A DNA stretch of 59,430 bases, counting the filler, from Sphacelaria rigidula (Eukaryota), in the NCBI GenBank assembly GCA_964200075.2. It is 4 parts of 4 records of this genome, joined end to end, with 100 filler letters (N's around TTAATTAATTAA, not from the genome) between each part and the next. Parts side by side here need not be neighbours in the genome. Positions count along the whole stretch, not along the records: positions 1 to 14,787 come from CAXNAA020002048.1; 3 more parts are not named here. One strand, 5' to 3'. Every line of letters starts with the position of its first letter. Position 1 is the first letter of the stretch. This document shows positions 1 to 11,679 of the stretch, one piece after another. Position numbers and translations under genes: made by a program. The notes below the pieces were generated by a model. It was not told the origin of the DNA and did no database searches. It worked only from the letters and a program-made list of their open reading frames with translations.

Positions 1-80
1 GTCTTCCGTGCAAGAGAGAAATGCCACTTCAACCCCATATTTTGTATGAACCCCAAAATTTAAAATTGGCTGTCAACAGG
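1..80. mobile_element. Probable end of a DNA transposon abutting the Gypsy gag region
   Basis: Ends aaaattggctgtcaacagg. The related end aaaatcggctgttaacagg occurs at 29808-29826, and both are preceded by an aacccca-t-rich motif. Confidence 0.35.
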
Positions 81-1102
81 TGGTGGCGTTGATTGAAGGG
101 ATACAGGATTCGATGTCGGCGATGCGTCTCATTGTGGGGGATACCCACCCCACACGGTGGATGCGGGGTTGGGAAAAGACAATCCAAATGAATTTACAGA
201 GAGCGGTACACACGAGTGCGCCTGATGCATCCAACATAGTCGCGCGAATTGCAGAAGTGATGTCTACGGTAACTCGCTTGCAAGCGGAGGGTCCGTCGGA
301 GCCCGATGCTTTGGCGTTCCTTGTGCGGGTACTTACCAGGGAACTCAGCAGTCTTACGCCCGATGCCATGTAACGTGAACTCATTCATTTCCAGGCGGTC
401 GAAGGGACGGCATTCGCGGAATACCTTCGTAGCCTCCGCATACTGGTAAGCAATGTGCAATGCCTTGGTGCTGAAATGACTCCTGACCAGGCGCAGGTAC
501 AGTCGGCTATCAAAACGATCATTCAGGACCAATTCCCGGGGATAAGTAGCTATGTATTTGCGGGTAGGGACGACTGTGCGACGCCGTTCGCCTCGTTGGA
601 ATGATTAATGGCGAAACTCGATAATTTCAGATCTAACACGATGCGGGTGCATGCGCCGCGGTTCGCGCAGGGGTCGATGGGGGGAACGGCTCGGAACCGC
701 TATCCCCCAAAAGTGAGCCAGGGCAGGGCATTTGGGAGGGTAATGAGTATCACCAATTTGCGCGATTTTGACCTAGAAGACCAAGAAATGGCTTACGTGT
801 ACATGGTGGGGCGGGGAAATGGGGACCGTTTTGGGAGAATTAAAGACCCGCCTTTTAATGAACCATTCCCCACCCGTGACCTTAAAAACAAGGCGCGACA
901 AGCTTTTGGCCCATATTGTTTAAACTGTGGTAGCGCGGAGCATACGTTGGCTCGAGACTGCCCGGAGAGGCCCATTAACAAGTCGGGTCTCATCCGTCAT
1001 TCTATGGGTGAAGGCACCCGGGATGAGGTGCGCCAGAAATGGGCTCGGTGGCAGCGGCGTTTGCGCTCCTATTTTACCGAAAACTACCCCCCTAAGAAAT
1101 GA
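80..1102 (+). pseudogene. gag: Gag with zinc knuckle, interrupted by in-frame stops
   Basis: ORFs 80-373 and 608-1102 share a frame. The intervening sequence reads FQAVEGTAFAEYLRSLRILV. Knuckle CLNCGSAEHTLARDC. Confidence 0.8.
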
Positions 1103-1159
1103 GGGGCGGCGGTAAGGATTGGGCCGCCTTACCGGTAGCACGGGTGCCAGGTATCAAAG

Positions 1160-1355
1160 GAGTCATCCTACGATAGAGGGGGGGGGATTTTGGGCCATTT
1201 GTTGCTCGAAACTTCGAGTCAGATCGTCGTTGAAAGCAGCAACGGTTATTCGAACAAGCTTGTTGTGGATCAATAACGCNNNNNNNNNNTGACACACTTA
1301 TGAGCCTCGTTTTTCGTGAAACTAAATACCCCCCCCCCCTATCGTAGGATGACTC
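1160..1355. mobile_element. Sola-like MITE (contains an N gap)
   Basis: TIRs gagtcatcctacgatag-G-run / C-run-tatcgtaggatgactc. 4-bp flanks aaag/aagg. Confidence 0.8.
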
Positions 1356-1399
1356 AAGGAGTCTCGTCGAGCTCTTTATGGTCGGTCCCCGGGGTGTGT

Positions 1400-1790
1400 G
1401 TGTTCCACAGCAGAGGGAGACGGCTGGGGGTAGTGAATTTTCGGTTATCGAGGATATTCGGTGAACTCGAACTGGCCAGTCGCCTGGGGAAAGTGTTCCA
1501 CAGCAGGCTCAACCTGTTCCATGTAGCGAATCCTCTGCTAATCATGATGCTCATCGAGCTCCACAAGGTCGCTCGCCTGTGTCTACTATTTCACAGCAGA
1601 CTGCCGTATGTAGTAAAGATTCGGTTAACAAGGATGTTCGGCGGACTCGAACTGGCCAGTCGACTGGGAAAATTATTCCACAGGAGGCTCAACCTGTTCT
1701 ATGTAGCAAATCCTCTGTCAATCATGATGCTCGTCTAGCTCAACAAGGTCGGTCGCCTGTGTCATTTGTTCCACAGCAGGCTGTTCCTGC
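1400..1790 (+). repeat. ~180-bp tandem duplication (two ~90-bp subunits) in the N-terminal pol spacer
   Basis: tcggtt...actcgaactggccagtcg...aggctcaacctgtt... starts at 1441 and again at 1621. Confidence 0.8.
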
Positions 1791-2809
1791 TATAGACGGC
1801 GAAATTTCTGTCATTTCCCTCCCCTACAGAGCGGATTTTGGTAATGAGACAGGGTACGATCTGTCTGGGGGTGTCGGTGAGGGTGGGTGTGGCGTTTCCG
1901 CTTTGGGGGTAGCCGTGGGATCTGTACAATCTTCACGTGACCTTAGCAGAGGGGGAGCGGCTCCTCCACTTTGCACTATGTCCGCTACGCGGCAATCTGG
2001 TGCGGTAGGTGTTGACCGACGGAAGGGGTGTGTGGTTCGGGTTTGCGCTCCGGATAGCTTTTCCTTCCAGAGTGGCGAAGGTTCACGGGTAAATGAGTCA
2101 CTTGTGCAGGCCAGCTGTCGCAGTGGGCGGTGCTCACGTCCGACAGACGCTAGAAATTTGGACGGCACTGGCGTGATGGATCCATCACATGGTAAAGAGA
2201 GCCCGGCAGATGAATTCGTCCAGGGTGAGGGAGGTATTCCGCGTCGCGACGCTCGGGGCGTACGAGGCACTCGGCGCTGCAACCCGAAGAAGGGGGCGTC
2301 GCAATACGCTACCAATTGAAGGTCTGCTCTCTCTGGCGTGAAGCCAGACTTGAGTGACCCTGGTTTGGGCTGACTTTCCTCGAGTAGGATCTCGGTTTCC
2401 AAGGGTAGCCAACTTGAAGCACTGTCGGAGGATGATAGCTTGGTGACACCTGCGGGCTCAATGCCAATGCAGTTTTGTTGATGTACCCAACCTTTTGGAA
2501 CTGAGAATTGTCTCCTCACGCTCGGGAGCATCCGTAGATGCTCGCGTGGCTCGACCTGCTGTTGGTAATGTGAGCGATGGTAAGCCGATGGAAGTAGAAG
2601 AGCACATTCATGTTCTCGACCCATCTGGCAATCGCTTGCAGTCTAAGGAACCACCCGCATCGATTCCTGGTCTCATCTCTTGTCAGGTTCCGCGCGGCAG
2701 GCGGGGCGCGTTCTTACCGGAAGTGATTTCGGTGATCGGCGGGAACGTTTCGGTAAATCGCGTGCGTAATACGGCAGGAGTGAAGGTGTTTGGCGGCCCA
2801 AAGGCAACC

Positions 2810-3140
2810 CGGATGTGGGGGTGTGCGGCGCTATTAGACAGTGGGAGCCTGGCGACGTTCATCCTGAACAAGGTATGGATGTCCATGGTGCAACATGGGG
2901 CTGGTTCTGGTGACGCGGTGCGGAACATTGATCCCGTATCATGGGGTATATTTAATGGTGTTCCTCTGAAAACGACTTCCCAGGTGCGCTTGAATATTCG
3001 CTTCATTGAGGGTGCGCGCAAGGGTCGGGCCTCGAGCACGAGTGCTTGTTTCGCGGTCTATGCGCATGTCGTGCCCTACGGTACCATGTCTTTTGACTTA
3101 CTGTTGGGACGCGATGGGTTGACTCAATTTCCTGTGCGAT
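2810..3140 (+). pseudogene. Retroviral-type aspartic protease
   Basis: ALLDSGSLATFI and DLLLGRD motifs in ORF 2495-3445. Confidence 0.85.
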
Positions 3141-3743
3141 TATATCGTGGTGTCAGTGAATCTAGAACGATCAAGTCGCTTAAGGTGGCCTCGCAATCTC
3201 CAGGTCCCACTGCGGTTGATCGTTGGGTCCAGAACGCGGTGGGTATGATTGAACGAGCGTCGGGACCAGACGAGGAGGTGGTGGTAATCTGTGCGGGTGA
3301 GTCCGATCAGGTAGTGACGCAAGAGTTGACGTGGGGTTCCCGTTACACTGCAGTCGCCGAGCGGGTCTCCTGCTCCGCAAGGTTCGTACTATATGAGTTC
3401 CCAGCAGGGTTGGCCCCCCTCCGAAATGGTGGTGGATGCCGGTGAATCAATTATTTCTTTGAGATGTACGGGTTTCGAGGGTATCGTGGACGTGCCGGCG
3501 ATGAAATTGGGTAGGGCAGAGTTGCCTCTGGTACCGTGTTCGCTGAATGATGCAGAAATTTCCAGACTACCAACCCCGGTGCCCCCTGGTGTGTTTGTTG
3601 TCGAGACGGAGGTATCGGCTCCATCAGACGAGATGTATGGAGACTTAGGTGCGGATAAACGCGTGGCTTTTCGGCGTATGTGGGATCGCCTCCCGGTGCA
3701 TTTGCGTAGTATAACTTTCGGGTTGGAGGACAAATACTGACAG

Positions 3744-4579
3744 GTGGAGGCTATCGACAAATTGGCGGACGTATTGTGCAAGTTCTCGCATCGGTTTTCG
3801 GTTGACAAGATGGATTTAGCGTATTGCACGGTGGACCCTTTCAAAATTGAACTGAAACCCGGGTCTACTCCCATCAAGCAGCGGCCGTACCGTCACAATC
3901 CCGCCCTGCAACGGGAGGTGCAAGTGGAAATGGACAGACTCTTGGCTGGTGGGTTGTTGCGCTCTTATTCCAATTGGAGTTCACCGCTGGTGGTAGTAAA
4001 CAAGAAAGATGGCGGAATTCGTTTGACGTGCAACTATCGGAAACTCAACGAAGCCACTGTTATCCCTGTTTCGCCCGTCCCCACCATCGATCAACTTTTG
4101 GATGAACTGGGCGGCGCGAAAGTATTGACGTGTTTGGATATTCTATCGGGTTATTTCAACGTCTCGATCCATCCAGACACCATCCCCCCCACGGCCGTGT
4201 GCACGCAGTCAGGTCTGTACGAATGGCTAGTTATGGCTATGGGGTGCAGCGGTAGTCCGGGTTGGTTCCAATCTATCGTGGCGAGGGTGTGTGAAGGGCT
4301 GGAACGGTGCCGCCTTAACATTGATGATATCTGTACGTTCAGCTCAAATGGGGCTGAACATGTGAACGACTTAGCCGCTTTTCTGGAACAACAGACAAAA
4401 TTTAATTTGAAACTGGCGCCACAAAAAGCGCATGTGGGGGCGCGAGAAACGCAATTCCTGAGTCATCACATCTCGGCCGACGGGATCGCGCCCGGCTCTA
4501 AGAAAGTGGACTCGCCGCGATTAATGCCTATGCCGACCAATGTCGGTGAGCTGCGTTCGCTCTTGGGGGGGTTAAGTTA
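3744..4579 (+). pseudogene. Reverse transcriptase (Gypsy type)
   Basis: PIKQRPYR, SNWSSPLVVVNKKDGGIRLTCNYRKLN, LDILSGYF, GLYEWLVMAMG, and a degenerate YxDD (NIDD). Confidence 0.93.
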
Positions 4580-5164
4580 TTGCGGAGGTTTATAACCAAG
4601 ATGGCCGCTCGTACCAAAGCCATTAATGGATTGTTAAAAAAGGGGGTTGAGTTCACGTTCACGCCAGAACATGAGGCTACCGTTCGCGAAATAGTGGACG
4701 ATTTGCCTGGCACTAGGGTTCTGGCGTTCCCAGACTATGAGGGTGCTGCGTCTTGTGGCCGTCCTTTTATGTTGGTTACTGATGCCAGCAAGGAGGGACT
4801 GGGGACTGTGGTGGAACAGCGCCAACCGGACGGTGCGGTGCGACCTTTATACTTTTTGAGTCGGAGCACGTTGCCGAATAAACGAAGCTGGACGGCCACT
4901 GAGTTGGAAGCGGGTTCGATCGTGTGGGCAGTGAAGAAAAACCGTCCGCTGTTTTATGGGATGCCTTTCCAAATTTATAGCGACCACCACCCTTTGCGCA
5001 ACTTTTTAAGCTTAGCAGAGAAGGTGCCGCGGGTTCAGCGTTGGCACTATTTTCTTAGCGCGTACACGTACAAAATTTTCTACAAACCAGGTGTCGCTAA
5101 CTCCAACGCTGACATGGGGTCCCGTCTGCCGCAAGCTGATAGTCCGGAGGATGTTAGTGGGTAG
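4580..5164 (+). pseudogene. RT connection and RNase H
   Basis: LVTDASKEGLG, ELEAGSIVWAV, FQIYSDHHPL, RVQRW, YKPGVANSNAD. Confidence 0.92.
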
Positions 5165-5979
5165 TTCCAAATCACCGACCCTGCCGATGTCGATGTATAC
5201 TCTATTGGGGCAAGTGGTATCGTGCCTCGTGACTTTGAACGGCACCATGGTTCTGGTTTGGATGGGCTCCCCGGTGTGTCAGGCTCGCCTCAGGGTTCCA
5301 GTTTGGATGGGCTTCCTCCTCATGGTGTAGTTCAAAGGGGGGGGGGAGAACACCCGGACATGCTGCTGACACTTTCAGAAGTAGCGGACGACGAGTGGGA
5401 TCAAATTCAAAATACTCTCAGGCAAAAACGGTCGATGACAGTCTGGAAGGGTCCGGAAGTGGTAAGATATGACTCACGACTTCTCCTCCCAAGGGTTACG
5501 GATGTGGTGTGTGGGCAGTGGGAACCGGGTTTGTGCTTACATGCTTGCCCGGTTACTGAAGTGGGAAAATATTTATAACACGAGACGACGGGCTCGGACT
5601 TTTTGGTAATCACGGACGGTGGGGCTGGGTCAGCCGAAGGTGACGGTCTGGGTACTCCCGCGCCCACATTAGAGGCGGCGGAAGCATGCAATCTTGGAAG
5701 GCGTTTGTGTGCCAAGTTAGCGGGTGACTGGGTACTCATCCACAGACTGATTTGACTGCGCGTACGACTACTATGCATCTCTTACAGGGGACAACGGCAC
5801 TCACGAAGGAAGAAGAAAAACCAGTGGGTAGTGGTATCGATGTGAAACAACTAAGGGCGTTGCTGAAACAAGGAGAACTGTTTGAGCTAGCGAATGGTAG
5901 CAAACTGTTAGTGAAAAAGTTGACCCCTGCGCCTTTGAATTCGGAGGACCGGAACCAGGGGGGTATTTGAGCGATACCT

Positions 5980-7200
5980 CGGGGACGAACCTGTGCGAAC
6001 GTATGTCCCATTGATGCTGAGGCCCTGGGTGATGGATCAGACGCACAAAGAGGCAGTGCACCTTGGGGAAAAAGTGACCCTATCGCTGCTGCAACGGTAT
6101 TATTGGTGGGTAGGGATGAAAGAGAGTGTGAAATTCTGGATTAGACGCTGTTACTCATGTCAGGCCAAGAAATCTGATCGGTACACGGTGCGGTGGCCTC
6201 TAGTCTCGCTGCCACTACCGAGTCGACCAGGGAAAATGGTAGCGTTTGATTTCCTTGGCCCCGTGCCGACAATAAAGAGGGGTAACAGACACATCTTCCT
6301 CATGGTGGATCTATTTAGTAGGCACGCGGAAGCTTACGCGATCACCTCTGAAGAGCACTCGGCTACCGGGTGTGCTGCGATCATCGTGGGGGATTATGTG
6401 CCACGATGGGGTTGCCCGCACACTTTCTTGTCGGATCGAGGGGCGGAGTTCACTTCCGCGGTGTGTAGGTCGGTCTATGAAATGATGGGTGCGGTAAACC
6501 GGTTCACGAGCTCGTACCACCCTCAGACGAATGGGATGTTGGAGCGGTTCAACCACACTTTGTGTCAAATGCTGTCTTATTTGGTGGTGGACGATCAGAG
6601 CAACTGGGATGAGTCCTTAATGCATGAGATCTCAGCTTACAACAATAACATCAGTAGGGGTACCGGGTTGTCTCCAAATCAGGTACACATTTTGGACGGT
6701 ACCCGCGCATGCCCATGACTATTCTGGAAGGTAAGGGGGTGCGGGGGCACCAGAGTTTGAAGGCCGATCAGTTGGATTATCTCCAGCTGATGAGAGAACG
6801 GCAGGTAAAAGCGCACGAGTTGGTGAGGCAAGAAGATTTTTTGAGCAAAGCAAAACACGAAGCCAAGAACCAGGGTATTGAGGAAATGGCAAACCGCCGG
6901 TGGGTAAGGCGGTGCAGTGGGTATTTGTGTATCATGATAAAAGCACCATCACCGCGGGGGGGGGTAAGGCGGTGCAGGTGGCGTCGAGTACAGCCCGGAA
7001 GTCTTTGGCGCTGTCAGCAAAGCTGGCTCAGTGTTGGACGGGGCCATACAAAATTTTATTCGTAGGACCGGGGGTAACCTCGGAGGGTGAACAAGTGGGT
7101 AGGAATTTACTGTTGCTGGAGATTCGACGAAACGAGCCAGGGGTCAACATGAATTCCAGGGTGTCAGTGGCGAGGTGTAAGAGGTGCTGCAACCCCCATG
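5980..7200 (+). pseudogene. Integrase (HHCC, DDE core, GPY-like motif), frameshifted
   Basis: HKEAVHLG...CYSCQ, VAFDFLGP, MVDLFSR, LSDRGAEFTS, YHPQTNGMLERFN, WTGPYKI. Confidence 0.93.
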
Positions 7201-7207
7201 AGGGGCC

Positions 7208-7453
7208 GACACCTTCTACGATAGCCCCCCCCCAAAAAGTGCATGATTTTGGGAGGCAAAATCTTCACGTAAATCGAAATGGAAAAATATAAGCACAACG
7301 AGAAGCTGGGAATTCCCACGATTGGGTTCGTTCTAGCCAATGTCGCCAATATGAGGCGCTTCATGCAGCCTAACCCGAGCATCAGGCGCTGTAAGGCCAT
7401 TTGTGTCGTGACACTCAAAGCTGGTTTTGGGGGGGGGTATCGTAGAAAGTGTC
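7208..7453. mobile_element. MITE with GAC..GTC termini inserted in the integrase C-terminus
   Basis: TIRs gacaccttctacgatag-C-run / G-run-tatcgtagaaagtgtc. Perfect GGCC TSD (7204-7207 and 7454-7457). Removal restores NPHEG-PDKPRFLPW. Confidence 0.85.
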
Positions 7454-7559
7454 GGCCGGACAAACCAAGATTTTTGCCCTGGGGGCTTAGCCAATATGTG
7501 ATGAACAAATATTCCGAGCGATCGCCGCCTCTGCATCTCACGGCGGAAGACGTCACGAT

Positions 7560-7720
7560 GGAGTTGGATACTCGCAGGATATTGCCTGATAAATTGGTGA
7601 AACACAGGTTGTCTCGGGGGATGGGTGGTGAGCTGGCGGTAGAGTACCTCACGCATTGAGGCGATTTGGATGTTCCTAGGTGGGAGCATGAAACCGATAT
7701 TGGCCGGCAGGTAATCTTAA
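7560..7720 (+). pseudogene. Chromodomain-like segment at the integrase C-terminus
   Basis: PDKLVKHRLSRGMGGELAVEYLTH*GDLDVPRWEHETD fits the I..HR...EYLVKW......TWE pattern. Confidence 0.6.
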
Positions 7721-8084
7721 ATTTTTGGTTGGGCGAACCTACACAGGTTAAATGTGACAATGCTCAATACCGTAAATATCGCATTCATTTGTCGAGGCGC
7801 ATACCGGCGCACGAACAGGATGGATAATACGTGGCGCCGGGTTATGAGGTGTCGGGACGCAGGAAAGATGGTCCCGATGTGTATAATCCTGACATTGCCG
7901 GCTCTTATGTATATTTCAAAACGGCCTCCGCAGGTTGGCAGTTGTCCGACGTGGTGGGACTGGAGGAGAACCCCAGTCGGCAGGAACGGCCACATACCCT
8001 CCGACTTGGGGCGCAAGTACGCGGTACATCTCCAGTGGGCAGCCCTCGAGGAGAGCCGGGGTCGACCGGGGGACTGGTGTTGGC

Positions 8085-8820
8085 ACTTCCACATCCTGCG
8101 GAAATCTGTTTAACATTTCGCGCATGGCTGGTGACAGAGCGGGGTGTTTCGTGGTGGAACTGGTTGTGGTGGCTTATGTCGGGTGCTGGTCCATCCATAT
8201 GCGGTGGGAAACCGTCAACTATTCCGCGCATGTGTGGGACAGGGCGGGGTTTTTCGTGGTGGGACTGGTTGTGGCGATGGACGTTTGGTGCTGGCCCATC
8301 CTCCCTCCCCCCCCCCCCCCATCGTTCCATTGTTTATTTGATTTGATTTGATTTGATTTGCTTTGTACTCTCCTCTTGTTTTCCTTTTTCTTGCTTTAGG
8401 TCGATCATTTCTTTCTGTGCTTTGCTTGTGTTGACTTTTCATTATTATTTTGTCACGACTTAGTCTGATATGTCGTTCTGTTCGACCACTCTCTTTTTTT
8501 CTTCTTTTTCTGTTCCTAATTTTTCTGTTCCTTTTTTTTTTCCCCCTTCGAGCGTGTTTGAATTTCGTTTTTCTTGGGTACGTCTATCATGAGACCACGG
8601 CTGGACCTCGGGGGGGTCACTTAAAGTGCGACAATCAATCAGTCAAAATCAATCATCCATATGTTGCGGGAAACCGTCAACTATTCCGCGTATGTGTGGG
8701 ACAGGGCGGGGTTTTTCGTGGTGGATCTGCTTGTGGCGATGGACGTTTGGTACTGGCCCATCCACATGCTGCGGGAAACCGTCAAATATTTCGCGCATGT
8801 GTGGGACGGGGCGGGGTGGG
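8085..8820 (+). repeat. ~105-bp tandem repeat (~3.5 units) downstream of pol, split by a LINE fragment
   Basis: Unit catccatatg..gggaaaccgtcaactattccgcg.atgtgtgggacagggcggggtttttcgtggtgg... near 8192, 8654 and 8759, with a diverged copy near 8087. Confidence 0.8.
8302..8653 (+). mobile_element. 5'-truncated LINE 3' UTR with (AATC)-type tail
   Basis: gtcacgacttagtctg...gggtacgtctatcatgagaccacggctgga...aagtgcgacaa is shared with 53209-53423 and 58209-58430 (minus). catcc TSD. Confidence 0.75.
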
Positions 8821-9395
8821 TCGAGGAGGAGCTAGGGTGGACGGAGGCTTGTGATGTTTGGGATCTGGCCATCCTGGACTGGAGCGGGACGGAGTGCCGC
8901 GAGGCTGCACGCAAGAACGAGCAGGAGGACGACGCGAATAACTGATGTAATGGCTGTAGCTCGGAGAAAATTTGACTCATGTCCATTTGTGGTTTTCGCG
9001 TGCACTTTCTCTTGGTGGATTCAAAATTGGAGTCGGAGTTACCGCTGCTTTTCCGATTTCCCCACTCCTTGCGAGCGGTTGTGTCCGGAGGCGGTGACTC
9101 TAGGTAGTAAGTAGCAACATGAAATATGTCTCTGTTCTCGGAATGTCATCGTGGTTTTTTGTTGTTGTTCTTGTCTTTCGGTCGTTTCCAGTAGGCTTTA
9201 GCCAATGTGACCGTACTCTCGTGGAGTGTTTTCTTTCGTTCTGATTTCGTCGTGGTTGGATATCGGAGCCTGAGTCGTCGTCTCCTTCGATATTCCCCAC
9301 TCCGTCGAGGTGAACGTATCAGGAGTCAGTCGAGCTTTCCAGGGTCGGGACTGTGTGTAGCTAAGTGAAACCAAAAGAAATCATGGGCAGGGGCC

Positions 9396-9848
9396 TGTGG
9401 GGGGTTACAAAAGTGAGCTCAGCCTTGACTATGTTGTTCGCACAAAGTTAGGCCAGCCCACGAGCCAAACTTTATGTTCACAGGATGGGCTGATGTGGTA
9501 AGCTCAGTTTTCAGTGGGTAACCAAGTCATCGTAAGCGCCGTTTCTACGACGGAAATTGCTTGCTAAGAGGGTGCTATACAGCGTCCTACTGGAGCATGA
9601 CAGAGTACAGTTCCGACCGAGACGGTTTCAGGCTAGGGAGCACAGACAGTTTGATTGTGGAGCGGGTTTCAAGGGGCCAAGGGCCGAGCTTGTCTCTAGG
9701 TGTGTCAGCTGCTAAACTTGGGGACCTTGGTGGGCGAGGAAGTAATCAAGTAACCGTCAACATAGCTGGCAGAATGTCGTCAGTAGGGCTGTGAAACGTT
9801 TCATTTTGACTGTTTTGGTGCGGACCGCTGAGTTTGGTGTGCCCCACC
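9396..9848 (+). repeat. Candidate LTR of the Gypsy element
   Basis: Purine-rich gggcagggg (9385-9393) followed by tgtgggg, with a near-inverted ccccacc at 9842-9848. No second LTR in the window to confirm. Confidence 0.35.
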
Positions 9849-9867
9849 CTTGGTCAGTTCTCACCAG

Positions 9868-10118
9868 GATTCATCCTACGATAAGGGGGGGGGTATTTGA
9901 TTGCAAGAAAAAGAGGGCGCATAACTGTATCAGACGACCTGCCACACTCGCGCTGCGCTTGTATTTGGTTCAAACGGTATCAATCGTTAAAAACGAGCGT
10001 TATTTATCTATAACAAGCTCGTTCGAGCAACCGTTGCTGATTTCAACGACGATTTGCCTCGGAATTTCGTGCAAGAAAAGGCCCAAAATACCCCCCCTCT
10101 CCTATCGTAGGATAACTC
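9868..10118. mobile_element. Sola-like MITE
   Basis: TIRs gattcatcctacgata-G-run / cctatcgtaggataactc. Flanks ccag/ctag. Internal sequence homologous to the 1160, 22220 and 52450 copies. Confidence 0.8.
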
Positions 10119-11679
10119 CTAGACCCCAGCTTTGGGGTTTGCAACAATAAGGGCTTGTATAGACATAGAAGGACATCAACTAATAAATGTCAACACGAAG
10201 CTTTGGGCCACCTTTCTCTTTCTCCATCCGCACTTCCACGGGGCTTTTCCCCCTGACTGTCCTAGAGGCTCTCCTCAGCCCTGGTTAACTGAGCTAACAA
10301 GTGCACCACAGAGTAAGAACTTACGAGTGAAAAGAAGGGATTATCTATTTCTGCGAAGCAAAATTCAGGTTTCTCTCATATTCCGGTATTCTAGACTGCA
10401 GGTCTGTTCAGAGGTGGTCAGGTATGAGTGTGAACTCGTATATGGTGGAGATGGTGACGGCTCCGTTTGTCCTGAGCACCGAGTTCATGGGTACGGGTTG
10501 TTCAATAATAATCAAACTAAAATCATCGATTTCTTCGTTGTTTTCCATGATTCTCGAAGGGATTTAAACCTGGATTTCTGTGTTGATGGACATACGTGCG
10601 CTACTCAAGCCCCATGTGCGGCAGAGAGGTCAATAAGTTTTTTCTTTTGTCCAGGCCCGGTCTGGGCTTCATTTCCCTCCGCTAGCTGGCTACAGCCCAG
10701 AACAGTTCAGAATATCGATGATATTTTCACAGGCACCATGTCATCATGAAACGAGTTTATACGGTATACCTTCGAAGGAGGGCGGTGCTCTAGCACACGG
10801 GATCGCACACGCAAGAGGAATGCATGTTTGCGTTAGCTGTCTAATGTCCCGCGTGTAGAGTATTTGGTTGTCTTCGCCGTTGCATCTCCAACCAATTTCT
10901 GTCGCGGTACCAACTGTATCTTTACCGCAAGATGCGCCAACCCTGGCCAGGCGGTGGGCATCGCGTGAGTACTGTCTGCACGGCGCCGATCAACACGAGC
11001 CATTCCGAAGAAAAGCACGACGGCCAACAATGGATAGTTACAATAGCAGCATAAATGCCGATATAGTCCTTTTCTGGGGTTATGCCACCAGGGAGCACGA
11101 AACAACGCACAGCGACAACGATAGCACCGCCTCATCTCATGCCCCGCGTATCCAAAGCCGTGCAGGATACAGGAGGCGAAAGCTAGCTAAGTGCAAAAAT
11201 GGAGACTGCAACGCCGACCCCCGCCACCGCAACGATACCGCAGGAACGATGACGCTCATAGCGAACGTTGGGTACACCAATCCGTATACAGAAAGACAAA
11301 GCACTCCTTGTGGGATCGTTGGTGTCCTGGATACTATCTTTCCGCAGCATAGTACAGTCCTGTACTGTGGCTGCGGTGGCTGCGGGGACCAGAAGGCCGG
11401 TGACCACGAGTGTGACGGAGTCTATACTAAAATCAAGTTTGCGTTAAACTATACGTTGTATAATGTAGAGGAACTGGTAATAATTTGAATTAACATACTT
11501 GAAATTAGTGTATGCGCTATGTAATTTGACCCGTGCCCATGAACTCGGTGCTAGACAAGGCGGGCAAAGCTTGAATTCATCGCGCGTATTTCACACGCCC
11601 GAAGAATGTCGATCATGGGCGCACATATGACGGTAGCTCACGACACAGTTCCAATTCATCGCGCGCTCCGAGGCGCCCG

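Larger units (their letters stand above)
80..9848 (+). mobile_element. Degenerate Ty3/Gypsy (chromovirus-like) LTR retrotransposon
   Basis: Domain order gag, protease, RT, RNase H, integrase, chromodomain. Many stops and frameshifts, plus nested MITE and LINE insertions. Confidence 0.93.

Noticed and set aside
8085-8820. Repeat array as a possible CRISPR
   Set aside because: Contiguous 105-bp units with no unique spacers, eukaryotic context and no cas genes.
9851-9868. tggtcagttctcaccagg as a tRNA primer-binding site
   Set aside because: Could not match it to a specific tRNA 3' end, and the adjacent LTR is itself uncertain.
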